Positions 39,044 to 48,818 of a DNA stretch of 54,040 nt are shown here, one piece after another. The notes below the pieces were generated by a model. The model was not told where the DNA came from, did no database searches, and saw only the letters and a program-made list of their open reading frames with translations. Origin of the DNA: a virus (lineage: Duplodnaviria; Caudoviricetes); IMG/VR virus record IMGVR_UViG_3300042869_000287, positions 1 through 54,040 of that record; one strand, given 5' to 3'. The first letter of the stretch is position 1. Each line of letters starts with the position of its first letter. Made by a program: the position numbers and the translations under genes.

Positions 39044-39663
39044 AAATAACTTTTGGTATAACAACAGACTACTCTAATCAACCACAAATCAACGAAGTAA
39101 TCTCCTCTATCAGATCACTACAAATACCTGAGTATGAGATTTTAATTGTTGGTGGTGAGAAGAAAGAAGATATGGTTGACGTAACGCATATCTATTTTGA
39201 TGAGACTCAACAACCTAGTTGGGTAACACGCAAGAAGAACACCATTGTTCAGGCAGCAAAGTATGATAACATCGTATTGATGCACGACTACTATGTGTTT
39301 GATAAAGATTGGTACAAGAACTTCTTGGAGTTTGGTGAAGAATGGCACATCTGTTCTAACAAACAACTACTCATTAATGACAAGAGACACTTTACAGATT
39401 GGGTGACATGGGATGATCCTGTATTCCCACGTTACACTGCACTGAGACATGATGATTGGTCACGTGCTAACTATATGTACATATCTGGTGGTTACTTTCT
39501 AGTGAAGAAACAAGTTGCACTAGATAATCCATTCAACGAAGAACTCACACACGGCCAAGCCGAAGATGTTGAGTGGTCTCTCCGTGTGCGTCATAGATAT
39601 GTGATGAAATGTAATGGTAACAGTATTGTGAAACATAATAAGTGGCATAGAGATGCAAAATAA
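39040..39663 (+). CDS. GT2-like glycosyltransferase
   Basis: KKN....AKYDNIVLMHD, GQAEDVEWS.R. Confidence 0.75.
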   Translation: MKITFGITTDYSNQPQINEVISSIRSLQIPEYEILIVGGEKKEDMVDVTHIYFDETQQPSWVTRKKNTIVQAAKYDNIVLMHDYYVFDKDWYKNFLEFGEEWHICSNKQLLINDKRHFTDWVTWDDPVFPRYTALRHDDWSRANYMYISGGYFLVKKQVALDNPFNEELTHGQAEDVEWSLRVRHRYVMKCNGNSIVKHNKWHRDAK

Positions 39664-41023
39664 ATTAGTAATTTTTGACCTTGACGGTGTATTGATTGAA
39701 TCACGTGAACTACATTATGAAGCATTGAATGATGCTCTACGTAAAGTTGGTAGTGAGTATGTGATTACACGTGAAGAACACTTGAGTTTGTATGATGGTC
39801 TAAACACCACAAAGAAACTTGAGATGTTGTCTGAGAAGAAAGGTCTTGACCGTAAATTCTTCAATCAGATTTGGCAAGATAAACAAGTTGCCACATTCAA
39901 CCTCATCAGACAATTTCCAAAGAATAACAAACTTAGGCAGATGTTTGCCAAGTTGAGTAGTAATGGAATTAAGATTGCTATTGCAAGTAATTCTATACGT
40001 GAGACAGTTAAGTTGGCACTATTGTCTGTTGGTGTCATGGAGTATGTTGATTACTATGTCTCTAATGAGGATGTTAAGAGAACCAAACCATATCCTGAGA
40101 TGTACTGGCAATGTATGACAGCATTAGATGTACTACCTAAGAATACAGTTATCATTGAAGACAGTCATATTGGCAGACAAGGCGCACTAGATTCTGGTGC
40201 TCACTTAGTTCCAGTTAAAGATTCATATGACTTGACGATGGATAAAATTGATGAAGCAATCGATACACTTAACGGTGTAATTAAGAAAATGATACCATGG
40301 AGAGATAAAAAAATGAACGTACTAATTCCTATGGCTGGCGCTGGTAGTAGATTCGCAGCAGCTGGTTACACATTCCCTAAACCATTGATTGAGGTTAATG
40401 GTAAACCAATGATTCAAGTTGTTGCAGAAAACCTAAACGTTGATGCACACTTCATCTACATTGTACAAAAGGAACACTATGATAAATACAACCTCAAACA
40501 ATTATTAAACTTAATCTCACCTGGTTGTGATATCGTACAGGTTAATAGTTTGACAGAAGGCGCAGCATGTACAACTCTGTTGGCCAAAGAACTTATTAAC
40601 AACGATGAGCCATTACTGATGGCGAACTCAGACCAATATGTGGAGTGGAACTCAAATGAATGTCTCTATGCTTTTACTGCTGACGGCGTTGATGGTGGTA
40701 TCGTTACCTTTAGGGCAACCCATCCAAAGTGGTCATTTGCAAAACTCGGAGATGACGGTTTCGTCACAGAAGTAGCAGAGAAGAATCCAATTTCAAATAT
40801 CGCAACAGTCGGTATCTACTATTGGAAAAAAGGTTCTGATTATGTTAAGTATGCTGAACAAATGATTGAAAAGAATATCCGTACCAACGGAGAATTCTAT
40901 GTGTGTCCAGTATTCAATGAAGCCATTGGTGATGGTAAGAAGATTCGTGTCAAAGATATTCCTAAGATGTGGGGCATTGGTACTCCAGAAGATTTAAATT
41001 ACTTCTTGGAGAATCATAAATGA
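39653..41023 (+). CDS. HAD phosphatase fused to a sugar nucleotidyltransferase
   Basis: FDLDGVL, KPYPE, IEDS..G; then IPMAGAGSRF..PKPLI, EK, GTPEDL. Confidence 0.88.
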   Translation: MQNKLVIFDLDGVLIESRELHYEALNDALRKVGSEYVITREEHLSLYDGLNTTKKLEMLSEKKGLDRKFFNQIWQDKQVATFNLIRQFPKNNKLRQMFAKLSSNGIKIAIASNSIRETVKLALLSVGVMEYVDYYVSNEDVKRTKPYPEMYWQCMTALDVLPKNTVIIEDSHIGRQGALDSGAHLVPVKDSYDLTMDKIDEAIDTLNGVIKKMIPWRDKKMNVLIPMAGAGSRFAAAGYTFPKPLIEVNGKPMIQVVAENLNVDAHFIYIVQKEHYDKYNLKQLLNLISPGCDIVQVNSLTEGAACTTLLAKELINNDEPLLMANSDQYVEWNSNECLYAFTADGVDGGIVTFRATHPKWSFAKLGDDGFVTEVAEKNPISNIATVGIYYWKKGSDYVKYAEQMIEKNIRTNGEFYVCPVFNEAIGDGKKIRVKDIPKMWGIGTPEDLNYFLENHK

Positions 41024-41736
41024 AAGTTGCAGTTGTATTAACAGGACACCTCCGATGTTGGAGAGAGGTGTTTCCTAATTTCAAAGAAAAGATTATTGAC
41101 CGATACAATCCCGATATCTACATACACACATGGGATGATGAGGCGTATTGGATTCCTGGTGATAAACAAAATAAAACAGGTATCTATGAAGGCGCACCAC
41201 AAATTGTTGATGATGAAATATTAGACACATACAAACCAGTACACTATGTGAAAGAGTATTGGGAAGATTTCAATAAACACTTTGAATCTTGTGGTGAATA
41301 CTTTACGAACTATGCACACAGACCAAAGAATATTCTATCGATGTTCTACAAGATGCACCAAGGTTTCTCTGCACTTGAAACACACGTTGCACGACTACAA
41401 TCATCATATGATTTGGTAATTCGTATGCGTCCTGATATGTTGATACACGATGACCTGCCTGATTTTGATCCAAATGTATTCTACACTGTTGCAGCCAGAA
41501 ACCATTTAGGTCAAGGCACCGGTGATGTAATGCAAGTTGGTAACTTTATTTCTATGATGTTCTTCACCAAAATGATTACTGTAATTGGTTCTGTCTACAA
41601 ACAAACTGATCTATTATGTCCTCATGTGATGTCAACGCAACACATTAAGAACCTTGGATTCAACTGGCAGGAGATAAATCTAAATAGAACTCTCATGCAC
41701 ACACCAAAAGGACCTTATGTTGAAATGGACAAGTAA
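41020..41736 (+). CDS. Putative glycan-modifying protein
   Basis: MKVAVVLTGHLR, DIYIHTW, YDLVIRMRPD. Confidence 0.55.
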   Translation: MKVAVVLTGHLRCWREVFPNFKEKIIDRYNPDIYIHTWDDEAYWIPGDKQNKTGIYEGAPQIVDDEILDTYKPVHYVKEYWEDFNKHFESCGEYFTNYAHRPKNILSMFYKMHQGFSALETHVARLQSSYDLVIRMRPDMLIHDDLPDFDPNVFYTVAARNHLGQGTGDVMQVGNFISMMFFTKMITVIGSVYKQTDLLCPHVMSTQHIKNLGFNWQEINLNRTLMHTPKGPYVEMDK

Positions 41737-42412
41737 TACGTTTAAAGATATCATAGAATTAAAAGATGGACCTGTAACCTATTCCGATAACGGCAGAGGT
41801 AATCTTAAGATGAGTAATCATCTTTATCCCTACTCCATCAAAGAAGAAGAATTTAACTTTCTAAAAAATCTAATCGTAGAACATAACCTTCAACGTGGTT
41901 ATGAATGTGCAACAGCATTTGGTATCAGTTCAACAGCATTAGGTTTGGGTTTCTTGGAAACTGGTGGTAAGGTCGTAACAATGGATGCCTACATTGAAGA
42001 ATCTAAAGGTAATCCAGGTCACTACAGAGATATGCAACGTGAAGTGTATGATAAGGCCGATGGTTACAAATCAGTTAAGTATTTGATTGAACAGTTTGGT
42101 TTAGAGAACACACTCTTTCCAGAGATTGGTTGGAGTCCTGATGATACAGAGACTTGTGTACGTAGACATTTCTCTGAGCCACTAGACTTTGTATTCATTG
42201 ACGCAGGACATTTCCCTGAACAAATGATTAAAGACATTGATGCATTTTTGCCATTGCTTGGTGAAAAGTATGTGTTGGCATTCCATGATGTGTATGACCA
42301 CAGTTTCGCAGAATCAGTACATGACCACTTATTCAACAAGATTGGTAAAAAGGTTGAGATTAAACTTTATTATCCTGCAGGTGAAAATATGGGAGTTGTG
42401 ATAAACGTATGA
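41717..42412 (+). CDS. Class I SAM-dependent methyltransferase-like
   Basis: E...AFG.S, DFVFIDAGH, AFHD. Confidence 0.7.
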   Translation: MLKWTSNTFKDIIELKDGPVTYSDNGRGNLKMSNHLYPYSIKEEEFNFLKNLIVEHNLQRGYECATAFGISSTALGLGFLETGGKVVTMDAYIEESKGNPGHYRDMQREVYDKADGYKSVKYLIEQFGLENTLFPEIGWSPDDTETCVRRHFSEPLDFVFIDAGHFPEQMIKDIDAFLPLLGEKYVLAFHDVYDHSFAESVHDHLFNKIGKKVEIKLYYPAGENMGVVINV

Positions 42413-42873
42413 TACTAATTGCACACCGTGGTAATACTAATGGACCGAAACCACATTTAGAAAATAGTCCAGATTATATTGATTTAGCTCTTGAAGATGG
42501 ATTTTCAGTAGAAGTGGACTTATGGTGTGTCGATGATGTTTTATATTTTGGCCACGACAATCCACAATATCTGGTGGATCCTGAGTATTTGATGGTACGT
42601 AAACAAACACTATGGATTCACTGCAAAAATAAAGAAGCATTCAGTTATTGTCTAAAAAACAAACTGCATTGCTTCTGGCACAGTGTGGATGACTACACGA
42701 TGACCAATTGGGGTTATGTTTGGGCATATCCTGGTAAAGAACCAGTGAACCAATTGACAGTATTGGTGATGCCAGAGAATGTCTGGCCAACGAAGAAAAC
42801 GATATCTCTTAATGCTTTTGGTGCATGTTCTGATTGGGTTGGTGAAATTCGTGATTACATAAATAGAATATAA
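42409..42873 (+). CDS. Glycerophosphodiester phosphodiesterase-like protein
   Basis: IAHRGN, EN, VEVDL, GHD, WIHCKN. Confidence 0.75.
   Translation: MILIAHRGNTNGPKPHLENSPDYIDLALEDGFSVEVDLWCVDDVLYFGHDNPQYLVDPEYLMVRKQTLWIHCKNKEAFSYCLKNKLHCFWHSVDDYTMTNWGYVWAYPGKEPVNQLTVLVMPENVWPTKKTISLNAFGACSDWVGEIRDYINRI
42858..42865 (+). promoter_or_regulatory. Late-type promoter CATAAATA
   Basis: One mismatch from the T4 late consensus TATAAATA; upstream of 42897. Confidence 0.6.
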
Positions 42874-42896
42874 TATTAACTGCTGCAGAGGCGGAG

Positions 42897-45290
42897 ATGA
42901 AATTTAGTCGGTTTATACAAGAGGCCAAAGGCCAGTCCAAGGTTATTGTCGTTTATGGCGGTGGTTTCCAACCATTTCACGCTGGTCATATGAGTAGTTA
43001 TGAACAGGCTAAACGTGCATTCTCATCTGCCGATTTCTATGTTGCAGCCAGCAACGACACCAAGAATCGACCAATCCCATTCAAAGACAAACAATTCTTA
43101 GCGCAACAAGCAGGCGTTAACGATAACTTTGTTCAGGTCTCACAACCAGTTAATCCAACTGAAATTCTATCACGTTACGATCCTAAGAAAGACATTCTGA
43201 TTCTTGTTCGTAGTGAAAGAGATCCTGTGAACTATACCAAAAAAGATGGTTCACCAGCATACTATCAACCATTCAAATCAATCAAAGAGTGTAAATCATT
43301 TGATCCAAAAGGTGGACATGGATATGTTTATGTAACGAAAAAACACATCTTCAAAGTAAATGGCCAAGAAGTTTATTCAGGCAGTCAAATACGTTCAATG
43401 TACACAAAGGCCGATGACGCTGGTCGTAAAAATATGATTAAAGATTTGTATCCAAAAGCCACAAAGCCTGCAAAATTAAAACAACTACTAGACAAATATA
43501 TCGGTGGCAATATGAAAGAATCAGCAGACGAATTATTTGAATCTTTGTTCGTTGAATCTGTTGATGATTCATTTGAGATACTACTGAGTGAAGGTGTACA
43601 TGATGCATCCATTTTCAAGGCAGTATTCTTAGCAGGTGGTCCAGGTTCTGGTAAAGATTATGTGCTTGACAATACACTTGCAGGTCATGGTTTAACAGAA
43701 ATCAATTCGGACAGAGCATTAGAGTTTATGATGGACAAACAAGGCCTTGATAAGAAGATGCCTTCTGCTGAAGAAGATAAACGTAACTTTGTTCGTGGTC
43801 GTGCAAAAACCATTACAGATTTGCGCCAACGTTTGGCATTGTTAGGTCGTAATGGTTTGATTATCAACGGCACTGGTGATGATGTTGAGAAAACTAAGAA
43901 GATTAAAGCAAGACTAGAAGAACTTGGTTATGATACCAAAATGCTTCTGGTTAATACACGTGATGAAATTTCTGCACAGAGAAACATTGAACGTGGCCAA
44001 CGTGGTGGTCGTGCCGTACCCGAAACAATACGTAAAGAGAAGTGGGATTCGGTACAGAACTCACGCACAGAATATGCCAAGTTGTTTGGTACAAACTACA
44101 TTGAGTTTGACAATTCGGAAGACTTACGTTCGGCAGACCCCGAAGTCGTAAAGCAAAAGAAAATGGAGTTGATGGATATCTTTAAGAACGTCCGTGAATT
44201 CACACAGGCGCCACCTAAGAGTGAACCTGCTGAGTTGTGGATTGCTTCTGAGATGGAACGCAAGAACAGGTTTGCAGTACCACCAAAACAGGCAGAGTTG
44301 TCCGCACATGCCGATGGCCAAGGTGCCGCAGCTGACCAAGCACACAAACTTGGTCTATCATACTATGGTTTTGGTCGTTATGGTAAACAAGGCAAAGTTA
44401 CACACCATACAGTCAATGGTAAGTTGGTTGAAGTGCCAAAAGAGAAACCAGGTGAGGTCAGTGTACCAACAACTGGTTCGTCAATGAAGAAAATCCAAGA
44501 GGCAGCATATACTGGTAATATCGGTATGATGGAAGTTATGAAGTTCCATCAGAAAGCCACACCAGAACAAAAGAAAGAGTTTAAATCGCACATGGCCAAT
44601 AACAAACACGGCGATGCATGGAAATTAATTCAAGATGTGTCTGGTGTTAAGTTGGTTGGTAAAGAATTCGAATCAAATGATAAATATGTTACTGATAAGA
44701 ATGGAAATCCTAGAATGTTTATGTTGCGCCGAAATGCAGCAAAAGAAGCACACACCAAAGATGGTGAAGTGGTGCAACAGGGTAAAGGTTATGTCGTCAA
44801 ATTAAAGGAGAATAAAAATGATGAGATTTTTCAAAGGACTATTGAGTCGCAAACAATCGGTACAAGAACCAGCTTTACTGAAGCCTTCGGTGGTAGTGGT
44901 GGAGTCAGTCGTGCCAGTGGTCGAAACACCTCCAGTGGAAGTTCCAGTGGCCGTTGTGCCACCTGTGGTAAAATCAACGAAGACTGTGGCTGCGAAACCA
45001 ATTCCACCAAAAAACTCACGCTCTCAAAAATCAGGGAACGCCAAGCCGAGAAAATCAAAGAGTCCATCGACAAAGGCATAGAACCTGGATTATCCATGGC
45101 TGCGTCTGGTGAAAGCATTGGGCGTGACATGGGTGAAAAGATTAAAAAAAGGACTGGTAAAGCATCACAGGTTGTAGAGATGCAAGGTGATGAAACCGGT
45201 GCTTCTATTGGTGCTCAAAAAGAAGATGAGTTGAAGAAAAAAGGTATTTCTTTGTTATCATTTAAATCTAACAAGGCGATTGGTGCATGA
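42897..45290 (+). CDS. HxGH nucleotidyltransferase + P-loop (zeta/PNK-like) kinase + small-domain multidomain protein
   Basis: GGFQPFHAGH, SGSQIR; AGGPGSGKD, INSD, RNIERG..GGR.VP; begins MKFSRFIQE. Confidence 0.8.
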   Translation: MKFSRFIQEAKGQSKVIVVYGGGFQPFHAGHMSSYEQAKRAFSSADFYVAASNDTKNRPIPFKDKQFLAQQAGVNDNFVQVSQPVNPTEILSRYDPKKDILILVRSERDPVNYTKKDGSPAYYQPFKSIKECKSFDPKGGHGYVYVTKKHIFKVNGQEVYSGSQIRSMYTKADDAGRKNMIKDLYPKATKPAKLKQLLDKYIGGNMKESADELFESLFVESVDDSFEILLSEGVHDASIFKAVFLAGGPGSGKDYVLDNTLAGHGLTEINSDRALEFMMDKQGLDKKMPSAEEDKRNFVRGRAKTITDLRQRLALLGRNGLIINGTGDDVEKTKKIKARLEELGYDTKMLLVNTRDEISAQRNIERGQRGGRAVPETIRKEKWDSVQNSRTEYAKLFGTNYIEFDNSEDLRSADPEVVKQKKMELMDIFKNVREFTQAPPKSEPAELWIASEMERKNRFAVPPKQAELSAHADGQGAAADQAHKLGLSYYGFGRYGKQGKVTHHTVNGKLVEVPKEKPGEVSVPTTGSSMKKIQEAAYTGNIGMMEVMKFHQKATPEQKKEFKSHMANNKHGDAWKLIQDVSGVKLVGKEFESNDKYVTDKNGNPRMFMLRRNAAKEAHTKDGEVVQQGKGYVVKLKENKNDEIFQRTIESQTIGTRTSFTEAFGGSGGVSRASGRNTSSGSSSGRCATCGKINEDCGCETNSTKKLTLSKIRERQAEKIKESIDKGIEPGLSMAASGESIGRDMGEKIKKRTGKASQVVEMQGDETGASIGAQKEDELKKKGISLLSFKSNKAIGA
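44818..45081 (+). CDS. Candidate overprinted gene (Pro/Val-rich, Lys-rich tail) in the +1 frame of 42897
   Basis: AAGGAG SD 7 nt before the ATG; coherent composition. Confidence 0.55.
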   Translation: MMRFFKGLLSRKQSVQEPALLKPSVVVVESVVPVVETPPVEVPVAVVPPVVKSTKTVAAKPIPPKNSRSQKSGNAKPRKSKSPSTKA

Positions 45291-45577
45291 AAACACTTAA
45301 ACAATTTATAGAATCTGCAGCTTGGCAGAGAAAAGAAGGAAAGAATCCTGAAGGTGGTTTAAACCGCAAAGGCATTGCTTCTTATCGTGCAGAAAATCCA
45401 GGTTCTAAACTATCGATGGCAGTTACAACTCCACCATCAAAATTAAAAGCCGGTTCAAAGGCAGCAAACAGACGCAAATCATTCTGTGCAAGGATGGGTG
45501 GTGTGGATGGACCGATGAAGAAGCCAAATGGCGAACCAACACGCAAAGCATTAGCGCTACGCAAATGGAATTGTTAA
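45287..45577 (+). CDS. Small basic protein (DUF6321-like) with internal-protein-like N-terminus
   Basis: MKTLKQFIE, AWQRKEGKNPEGGLN, RRKSFCARM, LRKWNC. Confidence 0.7.
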   Translation: MKTLKQFIESAAWQRKEGKNPEGGLNRKGIASYRAENPGSKLSMAVTTPPSKLKAGSKAANRRKSFCARMGGVDGPMKKPNGEPTRKALALRKWNC

Positions 45578-45601
45578 TAATAAATCAAAATAGGAACTAT
45601 C

Positions 45602-46687
45602 ATGGAATTTAAAGATAAAATTAACCAATCAGTTGCAGCAGCAGTTGCAAAAATTATGGGTGAAGCTTTGCATCCAAACCAACAAAAGTTGGATGTACAT
45701 GAGCCAGAAAAAGATAAATTGACTGCTGATGACTTCAAAAAGCTTCGTGCTAAAAAAGGAATGAAGAAAGAAGAAGTTGAACAAATTGATGAGTTGACTG
45801 GTAAAGGTCAATTACCTGCTATTAAAAAAGCTCATGCGGATGCTGCTTCGGACGCATCTAATAAAATGAACACAGTAAGAAGTTCTAATATCGTACTTCC
45901 TGTACCAAAAGAAAAAACAGCAAAAATTAATGCTCTAGATTCTGCAAAAAAATATCACGCAGCTCAATCGACACGTGCTGGAGCTTTAATGAAAAAAGCA
46001 GGCATTAAAGAAGAAGTTGAATCAATCGATGAAGTTAAGATGGCAGATTTACCATCAACTAAAGTACAAGGCCGTTCATATGGTGCATCTAAGCCTGAAG
46101 CAAGTGCCTTTGATGTACTAAAAGGACCAAAAGAAAAAGAATTAAAATCTATTGAGTCTGAAAAGAAGAAAAAACCAGTTAATGAAGAAGATTCTGAATT
46201 AACTTTGGATGATTATTTGTTGGAAGATTTGGTTGAGTTTGTTATGTCGGAAGAATTCCAACAACTTGACGAACTAAGCAAATCCACTTTAGGTTCTTAT
46301 GTTACAAAAGCATCTAAAGACATGCGTTCACACGCACAAATGGCTGGATCAAAAGATACTGCTTTGATGGCACATCAAATGGGTTACCGCCGTGGTGAAA
46401 AGTCTCCAATTAAAGGTGGCACCAAAGGTGAGAAACGTGTATCTTCAGAAATTGCTAAACATCAAACTAAAGCAAACAACAGAACTGCTGGTATTGCTGG
46501 TGCTGCTCAAAGATTAGCAAAAGAACAATTTGAAATTACTGAAGAAGATGCATACGATAAGAATGTAAAACCTTCAGATAAACCACACGATAAAGATGCA
46601 GCAAAGAAACGTGCTCAAACTTCAGCTGTTGCAGCTAGAAAAGTTATGAGTATGTCAGCATATTCAGCATCCAAGAAAAGTGAATGA
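45602..46687 (+). CDS. Putative internal head polyprotein
   Basis: Basic segments separated by KEEVEQIDE, KEEVESIDE, QLDE, EITEE. Confidence 0.6.
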   Translation: MEFKDKINQSVAAAVAKIMGEALHPNQQKLDVHEPEKDKLTADDFKKLRAKKGMKKEEVEQIDELTGKGQLPAIKKAHADAASDASNKMNTVRSSNIVLPVPKEKTAKINALDSAKKYHAAQSTRAGALMKKAGIKEEVESIDEVKMADLPSTKVQGRSYGASKPEASAFDVLKGPKEKELKSIESEKKKKPVNEEDSELTLDDYLLEDLVEFVMSEEFQQLDELSKSTLGSYVTKASKDMRSHAQMAGSKDTALMAHQMGYRRGEKSPIKGGTKGEKRVSSEIAKHQTKANNRTAGIAGAAQRLAKEQFEITEEDAYDKNVKPSDKPHDKDAAKKRAQTSAVAARKVMSMSAYSASKKSE

Positions 46688-48420
46688 TGGCTAAACCAGC
46701 ATCTAAAGTTTTTAAAGCAATTCGGCAAGAAGACAGTGGTCCTTGTTGGGATAATTATAAACGTGTACCCGGTAAAAAACCATATTCTCCAGGTTCTTGC
46801 GTAAAAGAATCTTCACCAGAAGATGAGATGAATGAAGATTTGCGTAAGTGGTTTAGTAAGACTGATCCAGAAGGTGGTTGGAAAAGAATTAACAGTAAGG
46901 GTGAAGCAATTGGTCCTTGTGCAAGAGAACCTGGTGAACCTAAACCAAAATGTATGTCTAACGAGAAGCGAGCATCTTTAACTAAAAAAGAAAGAGCATC
47001 GGCCGTTGCATCTAAAAGAAAACATGACCCTAATCCTGAGAGGAAGGGTGAACCAATTAACGTGTCCAACTTTGGAAAAGGAAAGATAAGTGAAGATATG
47101 GAAAATTTAAACGAAAAAAATGTGCCAACAAGTCCTGAGAAATGGGCGCAAGCCAAGGCACAGGCTAAATCTAAATTCGATGTTTATCCATCTGCTTATG
47201 CCAATGGCTGGGCTTCGAAGAAATATAAAGAGATGGGTGGTGGTTGGAAATCTGTCTCTGAAGCAAAAGAAAAAACTGAGTATGATTACGAAGGTGATAT
47301 GGCACGTGGCCAATTACAAAGTGTAATCAACAATGCTCAAAGAGTGCATGACATGTTAAAAGATAATGATAATCTTCCTGAGTGGGTACAATCTAAAATC
47401 ACATTAGCTGAAGATTACATTTCAACAGTTGCTAATTATATGATGAGTGAGATTGACGAAGCAAAAGAAATTGGTGATGACCCAATTGGATCTTCTGCAC
47501 AAGAAACTCTGGTAAAGAAAGGTGGCAAAACCACTGTTGCTAAACCAATCACAGAAGCATCTTCTGTTGCAGTAAGAATACAAAAAGCTTTAGACCGAAT
47601 TAAAGCAAAGCGTGAAGCATCAGAACAACGTGGCCGAGAAGTTTTACAACCAAAGAAACCTGAACCTGTTAAAGAAGAAGTTGAGATTGAAGAAGAAAGT
47701 CATCAGTCTAAAACAACAATGAAGCACATTCCAAATCCATCACCTGCGCTTAAAGATGCGGCTAAACGTATTAAGCCGGGTATTTCAGGCATTCGGGATC
47801 GCTTTGACATGCTCGATGCTGGTGGTGTTAAAAGAGAACAAGTCGAACAGTTGGATGAATTGTCGCCTAATGCATTGGGTAATTACATGAAAGCTGGTCA
47901 CAAGAAGTATGACAGTATCAGAAACAACACCGATTCAGCATCAATGGCCAAAAAGTCCAAATTGGAAACTGGAATCAAAAAGGCTGCTGCCAAAAGATAT
48001 CCTGCCAAACCATCTACACCTGAACCAAAGAAAGACCCGAACAGTCGAGGTTACGAACAAGGCCGTTACATGGGTGACAGCGTTGAACAAGACGAATCTT
48101 TAATTGAAGGCATGATGGGAGACACTGGTTGGCAAAAGTCTAAATCTAAAACAGATACAGTTACCGATAAATCTGGTGCAGTTCACACAGCACAGTCTAA
48201 GGTCAGAGATTTGGCACGTAAAGCAATGAAAGCTGCCGGTGCAAAACAAGTTAAAAGTGTAGGTACTAAGTCAATGAAAGAGTCTACATTAGTCGAATCA
48301 CGTAAGACAGATATTATTAAAGATGCGGTGAATTCTGCCAAGAAGAAGAAGTCTGCACCTGATAAATTCGAATCAGAACCAGTTTTGGATTCACAGATTC
48401 AAAAAGTTGACAACACATAA
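46684..48420 (+). CDS. Putative internal head polyprotein
   Basis: Small domains (PCW..Y, DLRKWF, YPSAYAN, EGDMA..LPEWVQSKI) separated by acidic linkers ending in hydrophobic-x-E. Confidence 0.6.
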   Translation: MMAKPASKVFKAIRQEDSGPCWDNYKRVPGKKPYSPGSCVKESSPEDEMNEDLRKWFSKTDPEGGWKRINSKGEAIGPCAREPGEPKPKCMSNEKRASLTKKERASAVASKRKHDPNPERKGEPINVSNFGKGKISEDMENLNEKNVPTSPEKWAQAKAQAKSKFDVYPSAYANGWASKKYKEMGGGWKSVSEAKEKTEYDYEGDMARGQLQSVINNAQRVHDMLKDNDNLPEWVQSKITLAEDYISTVANYMMSEIDEAKEIGDDPIGSSAQETLVKKGGKTTVAKPITEASSVAVRIQKALDRIKAKREASEQRGREVLQPKKPEPVKEEVEIEEESHQSKTTMKHIPNPSPALKDAAKRIKPGISGIRDRFDMLDAGGVKREQVEQLDELSPNALGNYMKAGHKKYDSIRNNTDSASMAKKSKLETGIKKAAAKRYPAKPSTPEPKKDPNSRGYEQGRYMGDSVEQDESLIEGMMGDTGWQKSKSKTDTVTDKSGAVHTAQSKVRDLARKAMKAAGAKQVKSVGTKSMKESTLVESRKTDIIKDAVNSAKKKKSAPDKFESEPVLDSQIQKVDNT

Positions 48421-48432
48421 ATATAACAATAA
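48416..48432 (+). promoter_or_regulatory. Late-type promoter CATAAATA
   Basis: Same 15-mer as 25694-25708. Confidence 0.6.
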
Positions 48433-48447
48433 TTCTAGGAGAAAAAC

Positions 48448-48786
48448 ATGCCTTTATTTTCAATGACAGACGCAAACACAGGTGCTCCAAAGTGGGCAGT
48501 TGCCGGTGGTTTGGGTGTAGCCAACAACGGCCACGACTTATATGCTAACTCAACATCCAGTGCATTTGTTACTGGTGCCGCAGTTGGAGTATTTGGTGTG
48601 TCCGATGCTGAGATTGCTCTATCTACAAACAAAGCAAACAAACCTGCTCACACAGGTTGGGTTCTAATTAAACAAGGTACTGGTAGTCGCACCGGCCGTG
48701 TACAAACTGAAGTTCTAGTTGCTGGTGGTATGAGTGCTGATGCAGCCACTGGTGCCAACGACAACATAATGTTCGCCAATACCTAA
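48448..48786 (+). CDS. Probable virion structural protein
   Basis: Late promoter, AGGAG SD; VFGVS..E, HTGWV, GRVQTEVLVA. Confidence 0.6.
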   Translation: MPLFSMTDANTGAPKWAVAGGLGVANNGHDLYANSTSSAFVTGAAVGVFGVSDAEIALSTNKANKPAHTGWVLIKQGTGSRTGRVQTEVLVAGGMSADAATGANDNIMFANT

Positions 48787-48793
48787 TATAAAC

Positions 48794-48809
48794 TGGAGTT
48801 TCGACTCCA
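48794..48809 (+). terminator. UUCG hairpin (terminator or stabiliser)
   Basis: TGGAGT-TTCG-ACTCCA after the stop. Confidence 0.5.
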
Positions 48810-48818
48810 CTATTAGAT

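Noticed and set aside
42897-45290. Zeta toxin-antitoxin module
   Set aside because: The kinase is embedded in a multidomain late protein and no epsilon-like antitoxin gene is adjacent.
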